Assembly (NCBI RefSeq): GCF_004010195.1 | Contig: NC_057751.1 | Span: 18,739,543-18,803,542 of the forward strand | Length of the DNA stretch: 64,000 nt | DNA from: Chiloscyllium plagiosum | Lineage: Eukaryota | Reading direction: 5' to 3' | Part shown: piece by piece, positions 26,189 through 37,192 of the stretch | How the letters are laid out: every line of letters begins with the position of its first letter | Numbering within the stretch: position 1 is the stretch's first letter | Notes under the pieces: generated by a model | The model's database searches: none | Seen by the model: only the letters and a program-made list of their open reading frames with translations | Told to the model about the DNA's origin: nothing | Program-made: the position numbers and the translations under genes

Positions 26189-26311
26189 CCGATCACTCTC
26201 AAATGCACGATAGATTAAGGTCATTTCAAACTGAACCCTATTCAGACATGTATGATGAGCGTTGCCACTTGTGTTTTCACATAGCTTTGTCCCTGCGTTC
26301 CTATTTTCTTT
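26189..26311 (-). CDS. Saposin-like gene, left copy, exon 4 (SapB middle, Cys3-Cys4)
   Basis: Acceptor gtcctcttttctgtacag and donor CGG|gtaagt; 123 nt, phase 0 to 0. Encodes KENRNAGTKLCENTSGNAHHTCLNRVQFEMTLIYRAFESDR, with C-x10-C spacing as in granulysin. Confidence 0.85.
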
Positions 26312-26459
26312 CTGTACAGAAAAGAGGACAGCACGTCCATATGATGCACATTTAATACTATACGTAAGTGTACATGGCGCAGTATTGTAAAAAAAAATCA
26401 GAAGTCTCATGGCACCAGTTTATAGTCCAGTACGTTTATTTGAAATCAGAAACTTTCAC

Positions 26460-27390
26460 AGTGTCATAAGTCCTACTGCACAGAGACAGGCCATTTGGCC
26501 CAAACTGATACCTGCTGACAAAATACCCATCAACAGTGATCACACTTTACAGTATTTGACCCATATGCTTCTAATCTTTCCTATCTATGTATTTGTTCAA
26601 ATGCCTTTTAAATGTCATTAATGTACCAGCCCCAATCACTTTCACGGGCAGCTCATTCCATATACACCACATCTTCTGATTGCTCCTCAGGTTCCCTTTT
26701 ATGTTTTCCCCTCTAACATTGAGCTGATGCTGCCTACACTGTGGGTAAAAGACTGATTGCATTTACCTCTTCCATGCCATGATCTTTTGCACTTCCATAA
26801 GATCCCCTCTCAGTATCCTGTGCTCTGAAGACAAAGGTCCTAGCTTGTCCAATCTCTCCAAATAATGCATACCTTGGGGACAGGCAACATCCCTTTAAAT
26901 TTAGTTTGCACTCTTTCCTATTTAATGACATCCTTCATATAACAAGATGAACAAAACTGAACACAATACTCCAAGTACAGCCTCACTACCGTCCTGTGTA
27001 ACTAACATATCTTCATAAAATCTATACTCAAGATCCTGACTAATGATGCTCAGAAAGGCAAAAGCCTGCTTAACTGCCCTGTCTTTGTGACTGCACTTTC
27101 AGAGAACGTGAACCTGAACTCTAAGGTCTCGCTGATCGACTGCTCCTATTCATCCCTGACAAATCACCATGCAGATCCTAGCTTGATTTGACTTTCCAAA
27201 ATGTAAGAATTCACATTTATCTAAATTAAACGCCATTTGCCATTTCTGGGTTCATTTCGCCAGCTGATAAAGGTCCTGCTGCAATTTCTTATCACCTTCC
27301 TCACTGCCTGTGATACCTCCTATTTTAGTGTGTTCTGTAAATGGACTAATCATGCCTTGTAACTTGTCATTCAAATCTTTGATATTGATT
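26460..27390 (-). mobile_element. Old CR1 fragment (mirror about 61510-62440)
   Basis: WNELPVKVIGAG and decayed RT motifs. Confidence 0.75.
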
Positions 27391-27408
27391 GCACATTATG
27401 TGGAGGGG

Positions 27409-27490
27409 GGCAGGCAGACACAGAAATTACAGGCGCGTAGATAATTACAGGCAGGCAGACACAGAAATTACAGGCGCGTAGATAATTACA
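27409..27490. repeat. Perfect 41-bp tandem duplication, left-arm specific
   Basis: ggcaggcagacacagaaattacaggcgcgtagataattaca occurs twice. There is a single copy at about 61452-61492. Confidence 0.9.
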
Positions 27491-27739
27491 GGACAATTCC
27501 AAGTAATCAAGAGTGACAAAACATAGCACTAGTTGTGTCGGTGGGCCATCGGCAGGCTAAATAAAAATTCATTGTAGGAGATTAACAGCATCAGACCGTG
27601 TGAGTCAAGTATCAACAGCTGAACGCCAAGTGAAGGGATGACCTGTGATCCAATTAATTGACGTAGACAAATAATTACACCAAGACAAAAATAAGGTTGT
27701 ATTGCAGACAATCCAAATGGCTGGAACAACATGGTAAGT

Positions 27740-29890
27740 ATATCAGTCACATGACGAGGGTCGAACCAAAGTAACAATTAATCCAAAACTATACAAACTG
27801 ATTAAGGTAGAGAGACCATAACAAGTTATCCAGGTGGTTGTGTCAAAATGGAACCATAAAGGAGATTTTTCAAATACAGATCAGTGCATTGGAGTTACAT
27901 GTAGCGTGACATGAACCAAGATCGTGGTTGAGGCTATCTTTCTGGTATGTAAGTTGGCTATCAGTTTATGCTTGGTGAGGCAGTATCTGTTAGCTATAAT
28001 CAAATTGACCCTAAAACCCTTCAAGTCAGACCTCTCAACAGTACGTCTCTTCGCCGCTTTGAAACCAAACAACAACTACTGCACAATCTTGTTAAAGGAG
28101 CAGCGACATCACGGCACCCATGGACCAGTCGAACCAGAAACATTCCTTGTCACCATGAATACTTTGACTCTCGACACAAGGAACCCCTACAACGACAGCA
28201 TTGCCTAACAGCCTCAGAATTCAACACCCACAACTGCCAAATTTCCAAACCGCAACCTCCAATCATCCACTTCATCTTCAACAGCAATTACATCACCTTT
28301 GACAATCAGCTCTTCATTCAGACAAACAAAATAGCTATGCACAATACATGTTCACCCCAATATGCCATATTTTCATGCACAAATGTGAACAAGAATGATT
28401 TGCTGCAGAGGAGTTCTGACCAACGCTGTGCACCAAATACATCAACGACATTTTCATTGTTTGAACTCATGGAAAGGAATCGTTGAAATGACAATACAAT
28501 GATATCATCAAGTTTCATCCCACCATCAGATTTAACAATTGTAGAATCTCATTTTTGAACATATGCATCTCTATCACAAGTACTTTGGGCGGCACGGTGG
28601 CACAGTGGTTAGCACTGCTGCCTCGCAGCGCCAGAGACCCGGGTTCAATTCCCGCCTCAGGCGACTGACTGTGTGGAGTTTGCACATTCTCCCCGTGTCT
28701 GCGTTGGTTTCCTTCGGGTGCTCCGGTTTCCTCCCACACTCCAAAGATGTGCAAGTCAGGTGAATTGGCCATGCTAAATTGCCCGTAGTGTTAGGTAAAG
28801 GGGTAAATGTAGGGGTATGGGTGGGTTACGCTTCGGCGGGTCGGTGTGGACTTGTTGGGCCGAAGGGCCTGTTTCCACACTGTAAGTAATCTAATCTAAT
28901 CTACTTCACATTACCACAAGCCCACAGAAAACCACGCAATGCTGCATTTCAATTGCTTCCATCCTAAGAATTTTAAAGAAGCCATTCTCTGCGGACAAGA
29001 TCTGCATGCACACAGGATCTGTTCAGATGAGGAGGAACCTTAAAATGGCACATGATACCCAACTCATCGATCGCCAGTCCTATGTGCCACAGAAAGAAAC
29101 TGTGATGACCTTCTCAAGAGGCAGACACAAGATATGAACGATAGAACACCTTGCATTGTCCAGTACTTCACCTGAGCGGAGAAGCTATGCCAGTTTCTTC
29201 ACAACCTTCAATATGTTAATGATGATGACAAACATCTCACGAAGACCATCCCTACGCCTCGACTTCTCGCCTTCAAACAATATCCACACCTTAATGCGAT
29301 CGTGGTTCACAGGAAACGACCCAGCCCTCAGCCAAAAGCGACCTCACGATCATGCCACATTGCAGACATGTCAGATCATCGACCATATTTGGGAACACCA
29401 TCCACAATCACATGGCAGGCGCGCAGGTAATTCGGCCAATATTGTCTATCTCACATCCGCGAGCAAGGATGCCATAAGACATGGTACATTACTGAGACGC
29501 TGCGACAACAGATCAATTGACACAACACAATTGACATGCAGAAGTATTCCCTCCAGTCAGAGAACACTTCAACGGTCAAGGCAACTTCAGCCTCTAATCT
29601 TCAGGTTTGCGCCCTCCAAGTTGGCCTTCAAGTTACAGAATAATGCAGAATTGTCAAGCCAAAACTGATAGATACGTTCTCTCCCCATAAAGATGGCCTC
29701 AACCATGTTCTTGGTTTCATGTCCCAACACATGTCAACCTACCCAAAATACCATTCTGTACTTGTTACGTCTCCCTTGCTGTTCTGTTTTGACACCACCG
29801 CCTTAATACCTTTTGACGACTTCTCTACCTGAATTAGTTTACAGTTTTTGATTACTTGACACTTTGATTCGACCCTGGTCATGGGACTTT
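27740..29890 (+). mobile_element. Decayed Penelope-like retroelement (RT plus GIY-YIG) with inverted terminal copy, in intron 3 of the left gene
   Basis: Remnants QLFIQTNKIAM..SPQYAIF, KYINDIFIV*THGKE, KFHPTIR, NSANIVYL and WYITET. About 27740-27967 is an inverted copy of about 29662-29890. Confidence 0.75.
28587..28901 (+). mobile_element. HE1 V-SINE, full length, inserted in the Penelope fossil
   Basis: gggcggcacggtggcacagtggttagc...(taatc)n, with probable TSD TACTT. Confidence 0.92.
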
Positions 29891-29939
29891 TATATTTATC
29901 ATGTTATTCAACCGATTTGGTTTGTTTCCAAGGTCCTAC

Positions 29940-30105
29940 AGCCCCACAGCAGGTCGTGGAACAGGCGAATCGACGATTCGATGAAGGACTTATGCCCAAA
30001 ATGTTGATTCACCTGTTACTCGGATTCTGCCTTGAAGGGCTGTGCTTTTCCAGCACTGCACACTTGACTCTGATATCCAGCATTTGCAGTGCTCACTTTG
30101 TCTTA
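29940..30105 (+). mobile_element. Degenerate Penelope-tail copy (mirrored at about 60890-61080)
   Basis: gatgaaggacttatgcccaaaatgttgattc...gctgtgcttttccagcac...ccagcatttgcagtgctcactt matches the same family with a decayed ribozyme core. Confidence 0.6.
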
Positions 30106-31049
30106 ATTATATATCCGACTCATTTAATTGGATCACACGTCATGACTTCACTTGCCATTCAGTTGTTGAAACTTCTCTTCTGCCGTCTGATGCTTTTGAT
30201 CAACTGTAATTACTTGTTATTCAATCTGTCGATGTTCCATTCACACCATTTGTGCTATGTTTTGACACTGTATTTATCTTGAAATTATCTCTCCGCCTAC
30301 AAATTCTGTGCCCAAATGCTTTCCTCCTCTCCAACTGACAAAGGACCAGTGCTCCAAAAGCTCATGACTTCTAATACATCTGCTGGATGATAACATGGTG
30401 CCGTGTGAATTCTGGTTATGTCCACTCAAATCTCGCACTGGGACCCCCACATCATATTTTAACAGAACCGGGCAACACAGAACAACCTGAACAAAACACC
30501 CATCCGAGAAAGAGCTTGTGACTTCACTACTGGACAGCATGGCTTTCATTCAGTCTGTACATGCTCAGTCTTTGTTTCAATTATTTTGCAAATGCTGAAG
30601 CACCGAGTGTTGTATCTGTTTTCCTCGCGGCTCGACATAATTTTAGGAGTTTACGTGGGGGAGTGGTGGGTGCGGCAAGGGGAGTCGTGTTTTACTGCAG
30701 GCCATAAGCTCTTGTGATGTTTACCTGCATTGTGTGTAGTGCTCATTCACTGCCTATCAATGATTTTGTTTTATCATGCACGAGGGACCTCTTCATGATC
30801 ACGAGGGGAGATGTTTCGATTTCTTTTTATATTTCAAGATCAAAGCATAAAAGGCTTTCGCGTTGTAAGGGGACCACTGGTGATGGTTTAACCATCCAGG
30901 TCACTACGCCTCAGGCAATGGGAGAGTTTGAAAAGGAGATGATATCTCCATGAGGGAATTGAATTTTCACTGTGGGTGTGACTATGCTTCGCAAGCCAGC
31001 CAACTATTTCTTTCCATTCTGATACCCATGTAAGTATTACAATTCATAC

Positions 31050-31124
31050 CATGGTTTCTGGTTTCGTGAGTAGCTTTTTCTTTTCTGCCATCATTTCCTT
31101 AGGGCAATGTAAGTTAGGTATTGT
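31050..31124 (-). CDS. Saposin-like gene, left copy, exon 3 (start of SapB domain)
   Basis: Acceptor ttgttctgtttttcag and donor ATG|gtatga; 75 nt, phase 0 to 0. Encodes TIPNLHCPKEMMAEKKKLLTKPETM. Confidence 0.8.
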
Positions 31125-31568
31125 CTGAAAAACAGAACAATTTATTGCCAAGATAATTGTTGATGCAGCCTTTTCTTTCTGTGTGTGAATCTTCATGATG
31201 AGATTGCAAATTATAGACCATACACCCTCAAGTTTGCCTTCCAGCTTAAATCGCTCAGAGTATCTCGCTGTTCTCAAAGTTACTCCATTCTCCAATACTT
31301 TCCCACTCTGCCTTTCCATCCATTCCATCTGCAGTTTCATCAACTCTTTCTGATGTCCCCCATCACCGATTTCAAACCCCTCACTCTCTGATTACCCCAC
31401 TCCGTTATTGATAGCAATACTGGATCATCAGCAGACGTATAAATATTTATCCAGACGATTCAGCAACAGTTATGCATCAAAAATGCTTCGAACATGAAGT
31501 GGATAATACACAACAAGGCATGTTATATTGTCCTGATGTGGCAAAAATATTGCATTGAGACCACTTAC

Positions 31569-31696
31569 CCAGCTTTGAGCCTCACTGCAGATGATATTCC
31601 TGCATTGCGTCACCTGATGACACGAAAGGACTTGCTGCAGATTTCTGCAAGTGACATTGGAAGGCTCAGAACAGGTTTCCTGCTTCGATTCGCGAA
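31569..31696 (-). CDS. Saposin-like gene, left copy, exon 2 (saposin A-type domain)
   Basis: Polypyrimidine acceptor ...tttaacgtctctcag and donor TGG|gtaagt; 128 nt, phase 1 to 0. Encodes (V)RESKQETCSEPSNVTCRNLQQVLSCHQVTQCRNIICSEAQSW, whose C-x7-C-x8-C-x5-C spacing matches the SapA domain of prosaposin and SP-B. Confidence 0.85.
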
Positions 31697-33009
31697 CTGA
31701 GAGACGTTAAAAAAAAACAAGGAAACAGAGTTTCAGTGCTTCAAACTCAAGATGTTGACTCATCCCTTTCTCCAAAACGTCTTCAAAAGTTTTAACCCGC
31801 TCCAAATGATAATAGACAGCTGCAACCTATTGGCATTCCTTCCTTCAACAGTTCCAGCATCCATGTTAATGGACACTAAATCAGTATTGCGTGGGGGGCA
31901 CAAACATTATTGCCTTTGTCAATATCATGATAATAACATCATCTTGTTATTATTGGCAACATATGACTCACATTTGAATAAATTCGATTGTTGGGCTATT
32001 TGGATTAACATGTCTGATATTTCTCCTCCAGGAGAACACAATCGGCACAAGGTGAATATGTGGACGCCCAGTGCTGGGCAGATTTGGTCTGCAAAAGCTT
32101 CAGAAACACTGTTTGGACAACTATAAACCCTTAATGTTGTTAAGACGACGCTCATAAGAACATGGCGCTTAAAAAAGAACTTGCAAAGCCACAAGGTTTA
32201 GAGAAGATCTTGGACAGAGATGCTTCGCACTGCAGTTGGGGAAAGTGCAAACAGGCGCCTGAGTTGGATTCTAGCGCATGATCAGAATGAATGAGAAAGC
32301 AGACTCGAAGCGGCTGCATAGATGGATCCTATTTTCTCAGATTCAGCGTTGGAAAGTGAACTCTAATTGGAAGAACCACTTCCATGGCTAGTGTCCAGGC
32401 TTATGATGACTGACAGTTAACTTGCAGGTTTAATGCCAATTCTGAACCGGACAGGTTGGTACTGTCTGGTCAAAACGTAGAAATAACAAAGTGATTATTG
32501 AATAGCTACAGAAATCACACATATGCATATTGTTCTCTGTCTGGGGAATGCTGAATCGATTTGTGCAGCTTCCATGTAAAATGTCAGGCTTAAAACTCAC
32601 AGTGTGCCCCTCGTAATGCTGACTCATTTTTATTTGCTGTTGACTTCTATGTCAGACCCTTAGCACCGATGTACCATGTCCTTTCCCGGGACAGCCCAGC
32701 ACTGACAATTATTTCAGACTAGAGCAAGCCAGATAATTGGGTAACGGGTACGTGAGGGAAGCAGCACGTGGGAAGAGGTGTCATCGGGAGTTAATGACTT
32801 GATCACATGACAGTGGTGCAAAAATACCTTGCAAAATAGAACAAACAATTTGCCAAGATATGGCAAAATGCAGCTCTGGATCAATCAAATCTGACATGGA
32901 TATCTGAAACTCAACAAAGGTAATAAGAATTGCCTGGTTAAAATGGTATACATAACAGAAATCCAATAGCTGCCACACGAACAGTCTGTGGTTGGGTACA
33001 TTTAAGGTG

Positions 33010-33310
33010 AGTCAGTGGTTGGCACTTGTGCCCCATAATACCAGTGCCACTCGTTCTATTCCAGCGTTGGGCGACTGTCTGTTTGGGGTTTGCACATTCT
33101 CCCCATGGCTGCGTGGATTTCCTATGACTGCTTTGGTTTCCTCTCCAACCCAAAGTTATGAAGGTTCGATCGATTGGCCAGGCTAAATGTCCCACAGTTT
33201 CGAGGGATATGCAGGCTGTGTGGGTTAGCCATGGGTGGATCAGACAGAACTGCTCCTCAGAGACCTCACTGGGCCGAATGACCTGCCCCCACACAGTAGG
33301 AATTCTATGA
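33010..33310 (+). mobile_element. Old HE1-like SINE shared by both arms (mirror about 57625-57925)
   Basis: Degenerate V-domain gtttgcacattctccccatggctgcgtggatttcc. Confidence 0.7.
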
Positions 33311-34092
33311 AAACATAACTTTGTCAGTACTTTGGAAACTAATTATTCCTTCCTGTTATCCTGCATTATTTAAGACATTAACGACATGCTTTGCGGATAT
33401 TTAATGCGCATTTATTGTGATTATACGTCTGGGTGTGTCCACTTACGAACCAGAAATGCAGGAGGTTTGTTATCACATGTCGGCATCGTCAACTCAATGG
33501 GTGAGTCTCGCGTCGAGAGACCTGTCTCATATGTAAAATGCTTGCTCTGCTTTCTCTCTGCAGATACTACCAGAGTTTCCACAGCAGTTTCTTTTGGCAC
33601 GAATCAGTGATTACAAACTAAACAGATTGAGGCCATTCTAATCAGGTCTACATTTTCAGTTCACAGAACTTCCCGCCCTATCTCTCCAGAAACCACTTTT
33701 ACCACATGCCTATCCCATGTAACCAAATCATACCTTGACACTAAACTTCACATCATTGTGCGGTGGACGGCTCAAACTGGCAACAGTGGCGTTTCGAGAT
33801 TGCAGTGCTAACACTAAGCCGCAGGGCCACCCAGGTTTCAAACTTCCACAACCTGCAGAATTTTGTGTTGTGTTCAACAGAGGATTCAGCTGTGTATTAG
33901 CCACGCCAGTCGCATTATAATTCACTCTCTGTGGGCGAGCACTATCTTTAATGCTCTTGGGTTAAATCGATGATTTGTTCTCAAGACCGAATTGTTTTCT
34001 TTCCCCATCAAGACCACACATTTTTTTTTCAGATTGTGAGCTCCATGACAATCTCGCAACAGATACATTAAAGAAAAACATTAGCTCCAGAT

Positions 34093-34365
34093 TGGCACGG
34101 TGGCTCAGAAGTTGGCGCTGCTGCCTCACCGCGTCAGGGTCCTCAGTTTAGTTCTAAGCCTTGGGTGACTGTCTGTGTAGAGTTTGCTCATTCTGTCCCT
34201 ACTGCATGTGTTGTTCTTTTTTGCGGGATTTCCAGTGTGCAGATCTGGTGAATTGGACGTGCTAAAGTGCCCATAGTATCAGGTGCATTGGTCTGGGTGG
34301 GTTACTCTTTGGAGGGTTTATGTTGGGTCAAAGGGACTGTTTACACACTATATGGAATCTAATCT
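34093..34365 (+). mobile_element. Old HE1-like SINE shared by both arms (mirror about 56475-56847)
   Basis: ggcacggtggctcag head and degenerate V-domain. Confidence 0.7.
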
Positions 34366-35080
34366 TTAAACGTAATCAAAATGTAATGGTGCATTCCAAG
34401 AAAACTAAGAGGCAAAAAAAAGAGAGCAATGTATGTCCATATGTTTATCAACACAGAGTGAGAGACATGGTCTCCGTTCACCTTGGGATAGGGAACCATG
34501 AAAAGTCTGGCATTCCAAACAAAGCCCGTGATGTCAGAGGATGGAGATTTCAGTCCAGAGCTCACAGCCTGGGAAGGGTCATTGCTTTCAGAAGTGAAAA
34601 TTATTGCACAAGGAGAAGAAGGGAATGGGTTTTATTTTGCGTTCACATAGCATTGAGAGCTCGGTTTCGGATCACATTGACTGAGTGCCTGGTCTCTGCT
34701 GTTGATCTGCTTGTCATGTTCTGATTGGGTGAAGGACTGTTCACCTTGGATTTGATTGGCAATTCTGGAGACTGGGGGTCCCACATCGTCGAATCGCTGA
34801 AGGGACATTGGACAGATACAAGAATATTGACAGACCTCTAGTCTCACAGTTATTACAGAAACCATACAACAAACACCCGTGTCACGAAGCAGGAAAAAAC
34901 TTCGATTACACACTGACCATTAACACAGCAATGCGTTTCCATCAGCTTCAAATCAGTGTGAAGTGATTAAATGTTGATTGACAGTGGTAACCCCGCGCCC
35001 TGACCCCGCCCAAAGCCCACCACCACGCTGCAAATGTACAAAAGAGAAAGGAGAGTGGTAAAAAGAGGTTAGTATCATAC

Positions 35081-35123
35081 CCAAGGAGAAGCAGAAAAGG
35101 ACAAGGAACACAAAGTGAATCAT
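35081..35123 (-). CDS. Saposin-like gene, left copy, exon 1 (signal peptide MIHFVFLVLFCFSL + 1 nt)
   Basis: ATG at 35123-35121 opens a hydrophobic 14-aa run that ends at a phase-1 donor G|gtatga (35080-35075). TATATAA lies about 40 nt upstream. The exon is conserved in the other arm. Confidence 0.85.
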
Positions 35124-35163
35124 CGCTGCTTTCTGACGATCTGAAAGACACTGACTCGAACTG

Positions 35164-35239
35164 TTATATAGCAAGCGAATGATTTCATGGTCCAATGACA
35201 GCATATCGAGGACAACAAAACAGGAACGATGCACCCAAT
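35164..35239 (-). promoter_or_regulatory. Core promoter of left saposin-like gene (TATA plus two CCAAT boxes)
   Basis: TATATAA on the - strand at 35170-35164; CCAAT at 35192-35196 and 35235-35239. All three motifs are kept in the paralogue. Confidence 0.65.
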
Positions 35240-36869
35240 AGGAGCCATGTCTTGTGTTGATCAGAGCAGTCCCTTACTCCAACAGACTTATATATTCTGC
35301 TCTGTCATTTTTAAAGTTAGTATCACATTTCAGTCCCGGCTTGGGGACTTAATCAGAAAAGTCAAGACGAAGTCATTGAGTTGGCATGTGGTCTTTTGCA
35401 GCCATTGACGAGATATGATGTTTTCTTTCTTACAGAGAATTGTGACTATTTTCGCCTTCTAACCTTCGTCCTGCTTTGCAATTCAGGCTGAATTTTGGGA
35501 ACCAGCTTAATCTGTGCCTTGCTACAGGAAAGACCAGCCCTTAGTCTTGCTGAAAGGAATCCGATACTGTCAAAGCAACCATCTTTCAGAAAGAGTATAT
35601 ATCCAGGGGCTGTCGAGAAAAGGGGCTCACTTTGTGATAGACAATGGGCCAATATTGACCCTCAATCGACCTCAGCAAGAAGTGGAAACCATCTGGCCAT
35701 TGTCGTCAAAATGTACATAATACATACGCACCACCATCACAACTCATTCAACACTTCGTTACAAATCAGCCGTCCAAACCGTTTAGGAAGTCAAGGTCAA
35801 ATGATTTCTATAAGTTCCAAGCATCACGTAACTCTCAATTGGGATCATCATACTTCTGCTTCACTATCCCCAGGTTAAAAACCTGGAAATGTGTCCCTAT
35901 CTCACATGGAAAGCAGTAGTTTAAGAAGATGGCTCGCCATCACTTTCTGAGGGGGATAGTTAGGAAACACGGCAATAAATTTGATCCCCATCTTCAAATG
36001 GTGACCACATTCAATCATGGCAATTCACAATAGAAAGGGAGGCAATTGGCTTGGTTTATCTGGAGCCTTAAGATGAAAAGGTCATTGGGAATAAATCTCA
36101 TTTAACAAGGGCACAATTACATTTCCTGGGGCCCAATGTGGAACGTAATTGCACAAAAGGGAAAGACCAATAGAATGTTCTGAGCAGTCACATGCTCAGA
36201 TTGTACTCTAATTCGCATCATTATGTATGTGATTTGGGTCTCCATATCTGAGGAAGAATGTTCTGGCGATCGAGGGAGTACAGCGAACGTTTCTAAGACT
36301 GATTCGAAGGACTGACATATGGAGAGAGATTAGAATTGTTAGGACTATATTCACTTGAGAAGAATCGGAGTTATCTTAGATAAACACATCAAATTCTCAC
36401 AGGAGAAGACAGCGTAAATCCAGGAAGGATGTTCCCGATGACTCACTCAATCCTGAAACAGAGTGTCACCACTTAAGTAAAAAGGGTATGGTTGAGATGG
36501 GGAGAAATGCCTTTACCCAGAGAGTAGAGAGCCTGTGGAACTTTCTGCCGGAGAGATCAGTTGGGGACAACTCATTGAATATTTATAAGAGGGAGTCGGA
36601 TATAATGTTTGGTGCTGAAGGGATAAAAGGAGAAAGGGAGAAATAGCTTGTGAATTTGATGATCAGCCACGTCCATAGGTAAAGACGGGACAGGCTCAAG
36701 GACTGAAAGCCCTATGCCTGATCCTTTTTCCGCACTTTCTCTGAGGCAAAGACAGTTACTGAAGGCGAGGTGCATGTTGCTTCAATGAACACTCAGGGCG
36801 TTACATCTCAATGGGGAAATTGCACCCCATGGAATTAAAGGTCAATGATATCTTGGAGGTATGTCATTA

Positions 36870-37192
36870 AGGCAGCACGGTGGCAAGGGGCAGCACGGTG
36901 GTTCAGTGGTTAGCACTGCTGCCTCACAACTCCAGGAACCTGGGTTCGATTCCAAACTCGGGCAGACTATCTGCGTGCAGTTTGCACATTCTCCCCGTGT
37001 CTGCCTGGGTTTCCTCGAGGGACTCCGATTTCGTTCCACAATCCAATGATTTGCAGGCCAGGTGAATTGGCCAGGCTCATTTGCCCATTGTGGTAGATGC
37101 ATTAAGCAGGGGTATAGACACTCTTTAGTGTTTCATTGTAGGCATATTGGGCCAAAGACCCTTTTTCTCTATGTAGGGAATCTAATCTAATC
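36870..37192 (+). mobile_element. Old HE1-like SINE shared by both arms (mirror about 54860-55220)
   Basis: Duplicated ggcagcacggtgg head, V-domain and aatctaatctaatc tail. Confidence 0.75.

Noticed and set aside
28587..28660. tRNA gene
   Set aside because: The A/B boxes are the head of an HE1 SINE, and the same applies to the other copies.
31050..31696. IL-15Ra-like sushi domain suggested by W-T-I-P-N-L-H-C
   Set aside because: The Cys spacing of exon 2, the intron phases and exons 4-5 fit SapA/SapB much better than a sushi domain.
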